This document shows positions 11,016 through 51,320 of a DNA stretch of 64,000 nt, in pieces (within the stretch, counting starts at the first letter, position 1; each line of letters starts with the position of its first letter). Source of the stretch: Eledone cirrhosa. Taxonomy: Eukaryota. The position numbers and the translations under genes are program-made. The notes under the pieces are model-generated. The model did no database searches, had not been told where the DNA came from, and saw only the letters and a program-made list of their open reading frames with translations. The stretch is from positions 53,630,001 through 53,694,000 of the forward strand of contig OZ024749.1 in assembly GCA_964016885.1 (NCBI GenBank), written 5' to 3'.

Positions 11016-12559
11016 ATTATAAATCTTAATTATCGATCGATTTAAACAAAATCAATTATATTTAATTACTCACCGATGTTATGTTCCAAGGTTCATGTTT
11101 ATGTGAAAGAGACGTTGTGTTGGAAGAACCTACTTATGTTAGTAGATATTAATGACAAGTCCGTACCCTATGAAATAAACTTCGGAAATTAATTTAATCC
11201 ACTAAACTTGACGTCATTCGTCAATCTTCTCAATCGTTTATTTCCGTATCACTATTCCGTATCATCATGCGTTTATTTATGTTTATGATTAAAAAAAAAA
11301 TATGGGTTAATTTTCGAGAGAAACGATAATATACAATCTTATTTGGCACTACAACGCTATTAGCTGTCAGTCGTGTTTCACGCGTTTTTTTTTTTTTTTA
11401 TTAAAGCATATCGATGTAAGTGGAGTTACTTAAATGAAAATATAGGCCAAATTATAAAGCAAATTTAAGTTAATTAGAAAACAAGTCATGGTTATCAAAT
11501 AAATTGGATTTAATCATATTTTCATAGTCATAGTTATCAATGTAGAAAACAAGTCATTTTCACCAACAGTGGAGTTAACTTAAATGAAAATATAGGTGGC
11601 CGTTAAAAGGGCCAAAGCGACTACAACGCTATTAGCTGTCAGTCGTGAAAGCAGGCGAAGGTGACGTCATTCGTTATCGTTTATTTCCGTATTACTACCA
11701 CCACGCGTAAGTGGAGTTTTCAGGCGTTTTTTATTTTTTTTATTAAAGCATATCGATGTAAGTGGAGTTACTTAAATGAAAATATAAGTGGCCCTTAAAA
11801 GGGCCAAATTAGAAAACAAATTTAAGTTAATTAGAAAGAAGAAAAAAACTCCACTTACGCGTGGTAGTAATACGGAAATAAACGATGTTTTGCTTTCATC
11901 GGCTGCTTTCGACTGACAGCTAATAGCGTTGTAGTGCCAAATTATTTTTCAAGGAACTGGATTTTACCATTCCGTTGGATCACTTAACTCCCAGGGACAT
12001 TCGAACGGATTTTACCATTTACAATCTACGGAGAGGAATAACAGATCTTCAGAAGAAAAAAAAAAAAAAAAAAAAATTTAAAATGTTAAAGGATTGAATG
12101 TGGGAACAACGCATAGAACCAACCTGGAGCAATTGTATCACACAATTATACATTCCTCCTTAACGTAGACTTACAATTTTTCAAAAACAAACCCCCAAAA
12201 AATAAAATTAAAATAAATCATTATAAATGGCGAGGAACCGCCACTAGCTTCACAAGAAGAGATTACACATGGCACCATCCCATCTCCCTCTTGAAATAAC
12301 CTGAAACCAGGTGTGACTGAAAGGTCAATCCATACTTCAATTCTATTTCACAGAATTAAAAGCTTTGACCAGTAATGTAATCACTCTGTAATTGTAAACA
12401 TCTTGTATCACTATCATTAAGGCTTTGATTTTACTGAAGTCTTGCCCATGTGTTTTTTTTTTTTTACACAAACTCACAATTTCGGTTTTTACTGAGGATT
12501 TAACCATGCGAAATATTACACAAACTCACAGCCTTAGATTTTGTACTAGCGTTTTTATT

Positions 12560-15500
12560 TTCCTTCTCTTTGCATGTTCAGTGCTCTTTCTCTCTCACTG
12601 TATTTACCTGCCTCTCACATGACCACACCCTTCTCCACGCACTCATAATCTTCTCACCCCTTCTCCACTTTCTATCCCTCCCCTTGCTCACCCCTTACTT
12701 CGTCCTCGCGCACAGCCCACCTATGTCTTCGTTCAACCCGTCGGTGGCCCGATGTTTCGACCGAACTATCACCGGCGATTGCCGATTGCTGAAGTTGCCA
12801 CCACTTTAACCTAGTCCACTTTAGGTGGCGGTGGCATGCGTCGAACGACCAAGAGACCTGCTTGGTGGAACGACTATGTGACAAACGGTCAGCCTTCGAC
12901 CTCTCATTCTCCACCAATTGCGGCACGCACGAGAGGAGCTAACTTGTCCCCTCCTTACCCCTCCTCCACTTCACGACAGATTCCGAACGAATCTAACCCG
13001 GGCAACCACACCACCCTACAACTGTTAGCTCACCACCCAACCTCCGCTCTAGTCCCACCGTTAGAACCACTGCTGTCTCCTTTACTGACTCACTCCCTCC
13101 ATCGAATTCCAACGCTGCCCCTCTGCTGCCAGCCCACCACCTGATTGCACTCTCTGTGCCCGCACTAGCTGGTACTTAAAGACAATTAAATGTCACCTAT
13201 GCCACGCAAGCTACCACAGAAGCTGTGTCGGCATCACCAAAGGTCAAGCTGAAAGGCTTCAACACTGGACCTGTAATCGGTGCCACTTCAGCTCCGACGT
13301 ATTCCGTGGGGATTCCCCACGCTTCGATGACCAACTCTCTACCGAGGACTTTGCCACAGCCCTCCAGGGCTTCTCCAAATCAAAGCTCGTTAACCGGATC
13401 CCTAAGGGAGCTCGGAATAGCTTTGCACGTGCCCTCTCTAATTTATTGAAAAACGTTTGCTCATCCAACAATAGGTCTGACTGGCAGAAATTGTTCTTGT
13501 TTCCCCTCATCTCTCTTCACGTGCACAATGCGAACTCGGGTTCCCTCACGTCCTCTCTCAAGCGGCAGTTCCAGCTGTTTGAATCCACCCCAACCACGTT
13601 TCATCTCAGTTCGACATCGAGCTCGGTGTCCACCAACAGACAACCGGTAGACCTCAAGCGAGCGATTAATGCCAAATTCAGCGAATTTGACATTAAAGGG
13701 GCTGTCCATCTCCTCTCTTCTCTGTCTTCCCTTGCTCCGTGCAACTCTGATTCTCTTGAGCATCTGAAAGAGAAGCACCCATCGGCACCCCCAGATGATC
13801 AGTTACACTGACCCAAACCACCAGATTACTCAAGACCGGTTTACACCACCGATATCATCAGAAAGGCGATTTCATCCTTCCCTGCTGGGTCAGGCGTGGG
13901 AATTGACAGTCTTCGTCCTCAACACCTGAAAGATGGTATCTCCTTATCGGCCGGTGACGCTAGACTCGAGCTCTTGGAGAGTCTGACTCAGTTTGTGAAT
14001 CAGTTCTCTTCAGTGAACGTTCTCCCGTTCATCCGCCCACTGTTCTTCGGTGCGAAGCTATTTGGTCTCACCAAGCCCAACGGGGACCAGCGTCCCATTG
14101 CGTTTGGCTGCACCCTTCGCCACCTCACTGCAAAGGCGTGTTTGCTGCTGGTCTCCGACTCACTGGCGGAGGAATTTTCCCCCATCCAGCTGGGGGTGGG
14201 TACCAAGCTGGGATGTGAGACTGCTGTCCATGCTACCAGAGCATTTACTAACTTGCCCTTCTCGTCCCCCAAGGTCATCCTCAAACTTAACCTCAAGAAT
14301 GCATTTAACTCCGTCAGCCGCGACATTGTCCTCGGCTCAGTAAGAGAGAGGGTTCCACAACTCTACAACTTTGCTTGGCCAGCTTATCGGGAGCCCTCCT
14401 ACCTCTCTTTCAGTGAGCAAATGATCACCTTTGCCGCAGGAGTCCAACAGGGTGACCCACTCGGGCCCGCTCTGTTGGCACTGGGCATTGATGACGTCAC
14501 CAAGATGGGGGGTTAAGTTGGACCTCAATGTCTGGTACCTCGATGACGCCTGTTTGGGGGGAACTCCGGATATGGTTCTCGTCACTGCCAACAAGATGGT
14601 TGGGGAGCTTGGCCGCCGGGGTTAGCAGATCAATAGCTCCAAATGTGAGTTCTGGATCCTCAACCACCAGGATTCTTAACACCAACAGCTAATCGACCTG
14701 TTTGCAGAGTCCTTCCCTTCCATCGCGGTCCCTCCCCCGTCAGCTTGGTGTTCCTTAGGAGCCCCAATCACAGACCTGGCCTTCGAGTCAACTTTCCAAT
14801 CGAAGATGGTTGGCCTTGAGCAGCTGCTGAGTAATATCGAAGTTATCGAACCCCATCAAGGTTTCTTCATACTCAGAAATTACCTGTCTATTCCTAAGCT
14901 TCTGTATCTTCTCGGGGTCAGCCCCTCTCACGGATTTCCGTCCTGCCTCCAACGCTTCGACAACCTAATCTTCGAGAGACTCGAGTGCCTGGTCATTGTT
15001 AGACTCTCTCCAGAGTCCCGCGATTAGGCTGCGTTGCCCAAGCGATTTGGGGGTCTTGGTCTTCGTAAGTGTTCGTCCCTCTCACTCCCCTGCTTCTTTT
15101 CTTCCACCCTGGTGAGCAGCATCCTCTCCTCTCCAACATGGACTAGTTCCAACACAGGAATGGAGTGAGTTGAGCTTGTCTCTTCCTGAGAAGGTGGAGG
15201 ACAGTCGAAGTCAGAGAACTTGGGACAGCATAAGTTCGAAGGCCACCTTCGTCTCCCTCTTCGTCCAGTCAGATCAGTTTCAAGGTGACGCTTACTATCT
15301 GCCAGCACCAAATACTCGGACGACTGGGTTGATGGCCTACCTGTGGCCAACGTTGGTGGCCTACTCAGTCTGGACGAACTTCGTGTCTCCATCGCCCTCA
15401 GAGTGGGAACTGACATCTGCATGGGTTTGAGGTGCTGATGCGGCAGACTCCTCGACTCCACAGTCTTTCTTGCCACCTGAATGCCGGCCGCTTCGCGCGT

Positions 15501-16293
15501 GACACGGAGCTAAACCTCATCCTCAAGAGAGCTTTGTCCCTGGCGAATATCCATCACCTCAGTCTTGGAATCATCTGGGTTGTCCAGAAGTGACGGCAAA
15601 AGACCTGACGGTCTTACCCTGTGCCCCTGGTCGAGATGCAGGTGCCTTGTCTGGGACGTCACTGTTAGTGACTCTTTTGCTCTTTCCCACATCCTGGACG
15701 CTGCAGTTAGGACGAGAGCCACAGCTTCTGCAGCCGAGCGGGGTAAGACCCTCAAATACTCTGATCTGTCGGCCAGCTACATTTTTCAGCCTGTGGCTTT
15801 CAAGACGTTTGGGGGAGTCGGGCCGCTAACTGCCAGGTTCCTCTCTTCACTGGCGGCTCGCCTAATAGAGGTAACTGGCGAATCTCGCGAGGGCGCTTGG
15901 TTGTTCCAACGCATCAGCCTCGCCATCACCCAAGGTAACACTGCCAGTGTGCTGGCTTGCCTCAAAAATCATTAGAGAGGTTGTCCAGTACCCCTCGCTG
16001 CTGTCTTTTGCTCTGGTGTTGGCTCCGTTGTTCACCCTTCCTTTACATTTTCTTTAATATTGCAACATTAAAAGAATATATCTTTCTGAAAGAATCGCGA
16101 GCTATTTATAATGTTATCGAAGCATTTGTAATGTTATTTATGTATATATTTAAAACATATTTGTTATGTTATTCTACTGTAAATTTATTTATATGCTCTG
16201 TTTATATTTTAATTCTGAAAGAATTGCAAACGATTTGTAATGTTATTGTATCATTATATTTGTTTTTATACAACTGAAAAAAAAAAAAAAAAA
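12560..16293 (+). mobile_element. CRE-like non-LTR retrotransposon (PHD finger, RT, restriction-like endonuclease), near full length, frameshifted
   Basis: RT motifs RPIAFG, KNAFNSV, GVQQGDPLGP, WYLDD; REL motif DGKRPDGLT..W....LVWDVT...KTLKY; AT-rich 3' UTR and A17 tail at 16277-16293; 5' end approximate. Confidence 0.85.
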
Positions 16294-17439
16294 TGAGTGT
16301 ATAAATATGATATATTTGGTTTAGATTAATATTTCTGGAGATATAATATTAATCTTTATTAACAGTTGTATAAATAACAGAAAATATGCACACCAATAAT
16401 ATATGTATGTATTGTATGGTTGTGTAACTCTTAAGGGAGTCGTAGGGACATTGTATTTACGTAGGTTAAACGGTGATGATGATGATGATAGTAAAGCGTA
16501 GACCTGCTCCTTTAATGAAAGACAGAAGAAAAGGATACATGTAAAAGACTGACAGTTTTGTTAAATGATGAAAACCTCAGCAAAATTCCTAACAAATAAT
16601 TGTTATAAACAGGAAATTGTTATGTAACATTTCTGTAACATTAAGGGTACTTGGTTGTTCCAGTATCTTAGCCTCACCATCTCACGTGGTAATGATGCGT
16701 GTATGTTGGTCTGCCTAAAAAAGTAATAGAAGGAAGGTTCCAGCGCCCCTTGTGGTATGTGACTGATTGACACTGTTGAATCGATGGGGTTTCTTTTCGT
16801 TTTGATTGTATGTTTTTTGTATTATATGAATTCTATTTTTCTATGAAACATCATCAGAAAAATATAGTAAAACACACTACCAAACAGTGAGTTTTACTAT
16901 ATCTTTCTGGCAATATTAGAACAACATGACCCTCCCCAAATATAACAACATCAGGATTATAATATTTTACTAATGAATTCTTATTATAAATGCAATGTTT
17001 ACAAATGTTTACAAAATTAGATCTAAAATGTTCAAGACTAAAGGACGGGAGGACTGACTCCACTTGTTTAATTCAGGGTAGTGACAGATGAAAAGGAGTT
17101 TGTGGTGGGTCTGACTGCACTGTCACCAGGAAGCCCACAATATTTACAGGGGCCACAATTTATTTGTTGGCTACCACAAAAAATACACAAAGACTTCAAT
17201 GAAATTTTCACAATATTTAGAGGGGACCAATTCATTTTTTTTTTGTGTGCTGGAGTAGGGGGTGTACCACAATGAATAGTGGAACCTTAATTCATTCTTG
17301 AAGTCCTATTTGTCACCCAAAATGTTCATAAACCTTAACTATTTTTCCCTTGTGAAATGTTGAGAGAGGGAGACTGTGTGAAAGACAGATAGATATCATA
17401 AACAACAAAATTCCTCCCTGACGACGAATGAACATAATC

Positions 17440-18090
17440 TTGTAGTTAATGATTTGTTAATTAGATCTAGATGAACTTGGAGACAGGGAACAACCTGAAG
17501 GAGAAGGATATGGAAGTTGAAGGAGCTATCAGCCTGTAACAAATTCAGGAATATCTTACTTGACGCTTTTGACAATAAGGAAGAAGAAATACTGATATAC
17601 AATATAGAGGAGTAGTGGGAGTTTCTGAGAGACAATCTACTGAAGACCATAAATGAGGTATGTGGCTGGAGCAAAGGCCTAGGGAGAAGGAGAATGACTT
17701 GGTGGTGGAATATTAGGGTGAAGGAAACATTTAAAACTAAGAGACAGACATGGAAAGAATGGCAAAATGGAGGAAGTAGAGAACTTTACCAAAAGAACGG
17801 GAGAGAGGCTAGGTAACAAGTATACTCTGCAAGGAGAAAAGCAGAAAATGAAAAGTCTATGTGACATGAAGAGCAAAGGTGTGAGGTATTCAGGATCACA
17901 AGGCAGTATGTCAGGGAGAATAATGATGTTGTTGGAGAGAAGTGTATCCAAGATGACAGTAGTGCACTTGCCCTCACTGATGCTAAAAAGAAGACATGGA
18001 AGTGTCATGAGGAGAGTGATGAATGAGGAAAAAGTGTGGGAGGAAGGTAACCTGACCCAAGTGGACCCAACAGAGGAATATTTCAAGTGA
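17440..18090 (+). mobile_element. Degenerate RTE LINE fragment (inter-domain region)
   Basis: WEFLRDNLLKTINEVCGWSKG...WWWN-type sequence with stops. Confidence 0.6.
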
Positions 18091-18689
18091 TAAACATCAG
18101 GAATGAATTAAGTTAATGAACAAAGGTTCCACTGTATTTATATAGCTTCCATACTTAATTACATTATTACTGGAATGAGAAGTTAATGAATGTAGAATAC
18201 AATTATGTATATAATAGCTAACATAATATACTATGTAATATATTATGTAATATAAGAAATAAGTGGGTATTTATGTGATTCATTTGTTAATAACCAAAAG
18301 TTAATGATTGCCCAAATAAAATTATTATATTCTAGAGCCATGGAAATTTCATGGTTGCTGAAAATTTGAAGCACAATTATTAGCCTGACATATATTTGTT
18401 ATTTCAACATTGTCATCATTTGAATCATTGTAACATTTATTTTCATTATGATAATTAATCCCATTAATTTAATAGTTCGTTAAATACGATTTTAGGGATA
18501 GTTTTAGATATACTTAGACTTAGAAGCTCCTGTGTCTTGAGACACACGAGGCAGCTAAAGTGCTCCAATCACCACGGTCAGTTGCATTTATCAATACATC
18601 CCATGTCTTAAAACACATGAGGCAGCCAAAGTACTCCAGCGACCATGGTCAGTTGCATCTATCAATACATCCCAGGAAGACATGAATAC

Positions 18690-20270
18690 ACTCACTTTTA
18701 TGATAAACAACATTAACAAATATATGATAAACAACATTACAATAACATACAATTCACAATGGAATCCAACTCCAAAGAATTAGCCTTCTTGAATATCCTT
18801 ATTTTAAAAACAGATAGGAAAATAGAAACAGACATCTTTTATAAACCCACGGATTCCAGACAGTATCTCCTCTTCACATCAAATCACCCATAACATACAA
18901 CACTTAACATTCCTTTTAATTTAGCGGAACAGGAACAAAGACTAAATGAACTAAAAAACATACTTATCTTAAGAGCCTTCCCACTTGACATAATTAATAA
19001 TGGAACAGACAGAGCAAAACACGCAAATTTTCATCAACCCAACAACCCAAAGCACAGAACCACGAACAATACCTTACCATATGTATCCATGTTCAACCCC
19101 AGAAACACCAAAATGTTCGACCTCCTACACAAAAACCTCCCCATTCTATTTAAAGATGAGAAAATGAAAAAATTCTAGAAACACACAAGATCATTAAAAG
19201 CAAAAGGCAACCAAAATCCCTAAAACACATTCTCATTGGAACAAAGATACACAAACCAATTTCCAACCTTACAGTAACAAAATTCAGAAGAACAAACTGT
19301 GGAACATGCCTATACTTAATTAAAGGACAAAAATTCACGTTTAAAGATGGCCAAACTTTCACAGTGAAAAACAATTTCACTTGCAGCTCGGAGAACCTGA
19401 TCTACATAATCACATGTGCTGGCTGTTGACATAACATAGGACAGACAGGGGTGTCATTAAGCAAAAGAATGATCATCCATCGCCAACAAATCACAGACGT
19501 AAACACAAGAAAAATTCCCTTAAGTAGCCACACTGCAGATTGTGCAGGAATTACCCTAACCAACTTTAAAATCTTCCCCCTTTACAAGTGCCCCGATTCT
19601 TTCACTCAACAACTAAGAATAAATAAATAAAAACTATTTATTAACAAATTTAAACCAAAATTAAATATGCAATCACCCCCATTAGATTGTTTCCACACAT
19701 CACGAAATAAGAGAAAAAATATCTCATACACATATTTCCTTGATTGAAAGCCACTACTGATGCTTTGCTCTGTGACAGACAGGATGAAGCACACACACAC
19801 ACATACATGTGTATTTTTATATATACACTTTCATACGTTCACACTCACACTCTCTAAAACCATATTCCAAATATAGAATTTCTTTTATCACCCATAGAAT
19901 TTATCTCTAGCTTACAATACCCCTCTTCGCCCATCTGAACTCTTGACCAGTCCATTAACACAATTGAGATACACACACATATTTACAGAATATTTCCTTC
20001 TCAACAAGGAAGATGAAAAAAATTATCTCAACACTTAATTTCAAATCTTTAATTTTTAGTTTTTAATTCTTATTAATTCTTTTTAATTGTAATACTCAAC
20101 ATTTGATAAGATGAATTTTACTAATACATCGAAATCAGTAATACTTTATATACATTATAAAACTCTTTTTTAAAAGAATTGTCCCTCTCATTTTTGACAA
20201 ATCAAAGAAAGGGGAAAAAAAAGAAAAACAGACCCTTAAATATATTTTCTGTGCTATTTCCAATTTCGCC
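18690..20270 (+). mobile_element. Penelope-like element relic (RT thumb, GIY-YIG endonuclease, degenerate 3' hammerhead)
   Basis: ETDIFYKPTDSRQYLLFTSNHP; C..C linker; FTCSSENLIYIITCAGC...IGQTG; TTGATAA-GATG/CATC-GAAA at 20103-20134; ends in (TC)n(TA)n. Confidence 0.8.
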
Positions 20271-20271
20271 T

Positions 20272-20308
<37 letters not shown>

Positions 20309-20385
20309 ATATATATATATATATATATATTTGTCTAACTCATGCTAGCATCAACATGGTAACTTTGGCTTCGCCATCTTAAGGA

Positions 20386-46469
<26,084 letters not shown>

Positions 46470-46849
46470 TTTATTCCACACCTAAAGAGAGTAAAATAGA
46501 GAGAAAGAGGGTAACTATGTGTGTGATGTGCGTGTGTATAGCAATAAGTCAGTGTGTGTGAGTGTGTATGCTATGTGTGTGATGTGTGTGTATGTGTATA
46601 TGATGTGTGTATATTATGGGTGTTATGTGCGTGTAGCAACAATTCAGTGTGAATGAGTGTGTGTATGCAGGTAGATAAACATATTCTTTCATCTTAATCC
46701 CTTTTATTACCATATTTCTGTTGAAAAACGACTGCAGCAGTGCTCAGTCCTCAGTTCAGTTTTTTATTGTCTTTCAGACCATAACTGACGAGTTTAAGAC
46801 TGGCACTCCATGGGAACCCTGGAGAGTATGTGACAAAAAAGGAAACAAT

Positions 46850-48490
46850 GAAAAGAATTCCCCAATAGGGGGAGACCTCCGAGGGTCACTCGTGGAGAAA
46901 GCCCACAAGAAAAGCCACGGTTACCTTGACCGCTAGGGCAAATGCCCTCTTCCAGTTTTCCTCCTACAATGCTACAGGTACACACTCAGTGTAGGCCCAT
47001 TCACACGGGCAATTCTTGCCTCTTTCACCCACCTTTCAACAAACTGGCTGGAAATCAGCACTTCCCTCTCCACCCTGATTTTCCTTTTCAGGTTAAACCT
47101 GAAAAAGTTAATGAGGGCGTCACTGAAGAGGAAAGTACTCGTCTTCAACCCTTTCAGACGTGTCCACCATACGATCTCTTTTACCATGGCCACCAGGCAG
47201 ATAAAAACTGCCTGCCCTTCTTGGCTAAAGGAAGGCGGCGGGGCGATTCTCACGATGGATTCAGCTCATAGCCCGATCCGTTCTACACGTGACAGCAGGT
47301 GTTCGGCATAAACCCACAAGTCAGCAATGCTTGGACACTGGACAAGTGCGTGCAGGACGGTTTCATCGCCCTGCGCGCATCTCGAACAGGCCCAGTTGAC
47401 GGCACTTCCATGCCTGTAGAGTTTGTTCCGAACTGGCAAGGCTCCTCAGTAGCACTGCCAGGCCAGGGATTTCTTGAAGTCGTCCATGGGCCCCAGCCCG
47501 AAAGTTCTCCCGAAGAGATTGGGTAGTTGGTTTGTGTCGATGCCTAGAGTCTCCCCAAGGACGTCGTCGCTCTTTCCCTCCACTAACCCTCTAGGTGGAG
47601 TTTCCAGCGATCGTATTACCCAACTGGTCGAGAGCTGTAAGCGCCTGAAGACATTCCAGTCTCCAAGCGCTTCCTCTCGGTCTTCGTTTGACGCAGGACT
47701 GCAGCTCCATCAAGGAGACAAGCTGGGGAAACATGTGTCTAGCAAAGGTCGACCACACCTGATCACCGTCGAGGAAGAGGTGGAGATGTTGTAGCCTGAG
47801 CGCATGTCTGCGCATCATCAGCCACGGCATGCCCAGCGCACCACGTAGCAGGTGTTGACAGCAGATGGACCGCCTGACGATCGGAGCACGTCCCTTCCAC
47901 AAAAAGCGAAAGAGCAAACGCTCCAGTGCAGTCAGGCGAGGCTTAGGACAAGGCACGATGGTCAGGCAGTAGTAGATGACGGACGCGATGAATGCGTTCG
48001 CCACCTCTGCTCGACCTTTCAGGGATAGCTTCCTCTCGGCCCATTTCTGGGTGAGAGAAGCCACCTTGCTCATGACCTCCTCCCAGTTTTTGTCCGCCTG
48101 GAGGTCCGGACCGAACCAGACCCCTAGTAATTTAATCGGTCCGTCGACGCTGTTGGACGGCAGGACCTGCCTGTCCAGGTGCCGAGTTGCAGGCCTACTG
48201 ATTTTTCTTGGTTGATCATAGCTCCTGTCACCACCTCGTATTCTCTTAGTGTGGTGCCGATCGCCTCGATGTGTTTGGCGTTCGACACCACTACGGTGAC
48301 GTCATCTGCATATGCTGACAAGGTTCTTCCGCATCCTAGTTAGTGCAGAACTCCCCCTCAATGTCTCCAGTTTGTGCAGTAATGGCTCGAGAGTCAATAC
48401 GTACAACAGGGACGAGAGAGGACATCCTTGGCGGACTGAGCGCATGATGTTGAACAGTTCTGAAAAGAGACCGTTCACTTTCACCAGATG
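46850..48490 (-). mobile_element. L1/Tx1-like LINE fragment (RT C-half and CCHC region), frameshifted
   Basis: SVRQGCPLS, SAYADD, INQEKS, LSLKGRAEV, C..C...ETVLHALVQC. Confidence 0.85.
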
Positions 48491-50258
48491 TCGCTAATAA
48501 TAATGTTATCTGATTTAGGTACAAGGCCGACAATTTTTTTGGGGGGGGAAGTCAATTGAATAGACCCCAGTGCATTACTGGTACTTTATTTTATTGACCC
48601 CGTAAGGATGAAAAGCAAAGCTTACTTCAGCAAGATTAGAACTCAGAACATAAAGAGACGTATCTCTGTCACAAAGCATGTTGTCTGAGGCTCTATCGAT
48701 TACTGTTAAGGAAAAGGACAGGAAGCTGATACCACCAAGGAAGTAACTTCGCCCAATATATCAAAGAGGGGTGGGCAGTGTAATCTTTTGAGAATTAGAG
48801 CATGACAGTGCTATGGTTGGTTGACATAGAAATATCAGAGGTCTGTTAAGAAGTTGACAAAATATCTAAATTAGGTCAGTTGACCCTATTATTATTTGAC
48901 AAATCATACAATGAGTTCCTAGCACCCGTATTTTTACCTATGGAGGTCTAATATGTATAAATGGTTTGATGATCCAGCCACCATAGTGTTTCTCACCCAT
49001 GACAATGAATGGCAGATCATACATCTGAAGAAATTTATTTTTTCATTCTCACCCGATGATAACTTATCTAACTTTAATAGAAAGTGTTCCTAATTCAAAT
49101 GTCCCCCTCCCCCCTTCACGTGGCGGCTATGACATGTGCCATACACTAGTTAAACCCCTTGGCACGAATCCTTTACTCTTGAGATATATTAGGTATACCT
49201 TCCACCCAAACAAACGTAAAACGGAAAGGAACCAAATCAGAGTCGAATCGAAACCAAAATAATATTGATTTTTCTATAGTAACAGATAGTATAAAACTTG
49301 ATTTGTTCAAACAACAGCACCCCATGGGTCGGTCATTTGAATGAATGAAAAGTATACAGCAGTTTCTTTGGGGTTTGTGGTTGTTTTTAAATAAAACACA
49401 TATTAACCAAATATCCCTAACCATTACCCTAACCCACCCTTACTCTAACTCTAACTAACCCTAACACTAATTAACCGCTTTAACCAACCCTAACCCTTAC
49501 CTAACCGATTCTAAACTCTGTAAAATCAAACAAAATAATTTCGTTTCCTTATTTTGCGACGAAATATTTTTACACACTTTTTTTAATTATTTTTTAAATT
49601 AATATTTTTTCTTTCACAAACAAAACTCAATAAACACTCTCATAAACCAACAAATGTAACAATTAATTCTAGAAAGTACGAGAAAGAACATTTTTCAATT
49701 TTAAAAGAGGAAAATAAAATAAAAGGAAATACCATCGTATTTAGTCAAATATAGTCTTTACTGCCGACAATTAATAAACAACGAAATTAATTAGAACTAT
49801 ATAAGTTATTCTAATTCAAATAAAAACTATTAAACAAAAAATATTACAAACCTGTCCTGTATGTGTCTAATCAATTATTGCAATCCGAATATAGGAACAC
49901 AACTTACCTGTAGTATTGCATTTGAAAGAGGAGTGGTACATATACTTGAAGCTTTGTTATTGTTTATATACACTGGGTTTTCTCAGTTAGTCAGTCAGTC
50001 AGTATATATGTATGTATGTATTTACGTTATATATATGTATGTATGTTCTTGTTTTATAATTTCACAAATGTTTGCCAATAGAGAGAGAGAGCCGGTTTCT
50101 AACATAGACACAAGACTCTCTCATTGGAATTTACACAATATCAACTAGATAGATTGGCGAATGAATTCTGAAAGATGAAAAATATCCCTTTGTCCATTTA
50201 TATGTATGTGCATATACATACATTTATATGTATGAGTATATAATTAAATACAGGATAC

Positions 50259-51320
50259 CTAAATATGGAATGTTACGCGATGGGCCCCCCGCCCCACAGC
50301 TCCGGCAGACAGGATGGAGAAGGCGTTCCCATGGAGGACGGCAAGGGAGACGCGCTGGAAAAGCCACTCCAACTTGCAGGGTTCATACCTGCGGCTGACC
50401 AGCTCAGCGCCTATGGTGGTGAGTAGGGAGGTAGCCCTAGGGCCGAGGACACCAGAAGTCTCCAATGCCAGGGGTACAACCGCAAACCTGTCGGAGAGCG
50501 ACCGGTATTTGAGGAGTTTGGCCTCCTCAGCCCGACGTGCAGCAGAACCTGGGTTAGTCGCAGACTGCACCAGGTTGCGGCTGCAGAAAGTGTCGGTGAA
50601 AGTAGCATCCCAGACGAGGAGTTTTCCACCGCGGAACAGGAAGATGGTCATGCCATCTGGCCTTTTGCCTTCCCCTCAGTCCAGCCCCATCGGCTCGAGC
50701 TGGGAAGGGAAGCCCGCAGCGTCCAAGCCATGCTTTATGACCTCATTGAGGGCAGCATGGCGCGAAAGGCGGCCAGCACTGTGGCGACAGGAAAGTGGGT
50801 GGAGGCCGAAAGAGTCCACGGTGGATCCGCAGCGACATTGGTGTGGCTCGCAGATCTGGAGGCCGAGCCTCAAGGAAACGCCGATACGCAGGCTATTGTT
50901 TGTTGTCTAGCTGCGTGCCAGTGGAAAAGGAGGGCAGGGCATGGAGCCAGGCACCACTGTGGGGTTTGGAGGCCACACAAAAGCAGGCAAGGCGGCGCTG
51001 GTCGAGCTGGCGCATGAGCCTGTCTGAGGCCAGGCTACACTGGATGGCATCCCAAGTGCTTTGGGGGGACTTGACGTCAACAGGGGGAGGAGAAGGGACG
51101 TCTACTGGGCTAAGTCCTTACCAGTCCCACGTCTCACAGGCGGCCTCACGTTCTCTGAACACAGAAGGTTCTATTGTGTTTTGAAGAACTCTGCTGACGA
51201 GGACGCGGCACAAGGTTACCGACGAAAGGAACGCCGACAAAGCCAGCGAGATTGGGGACCGGAGACCAAGGCCGCCATACCTGACAGGTAAAGTGGCTTG
51301 TTGCCATCCAATGTTGTCAA
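50259..51320 (-). mobile_element. Second CRE-like non-LTR element, 5'-truncated (zinc knuckle plus REL endonuclease)
   Basis: CRCG...GLHPLSC...RHAALN, LLVWDATFTDTF...KLLKY...LETSG...LFQRVSLAV. Confidence 0.82.

Noticed and set aside
49415-49510. CCCTAA telomere-like repeats
   Set aside because: Short, degenerate and interstitial; more likely part of a dispersed repeat than a telomere remnant
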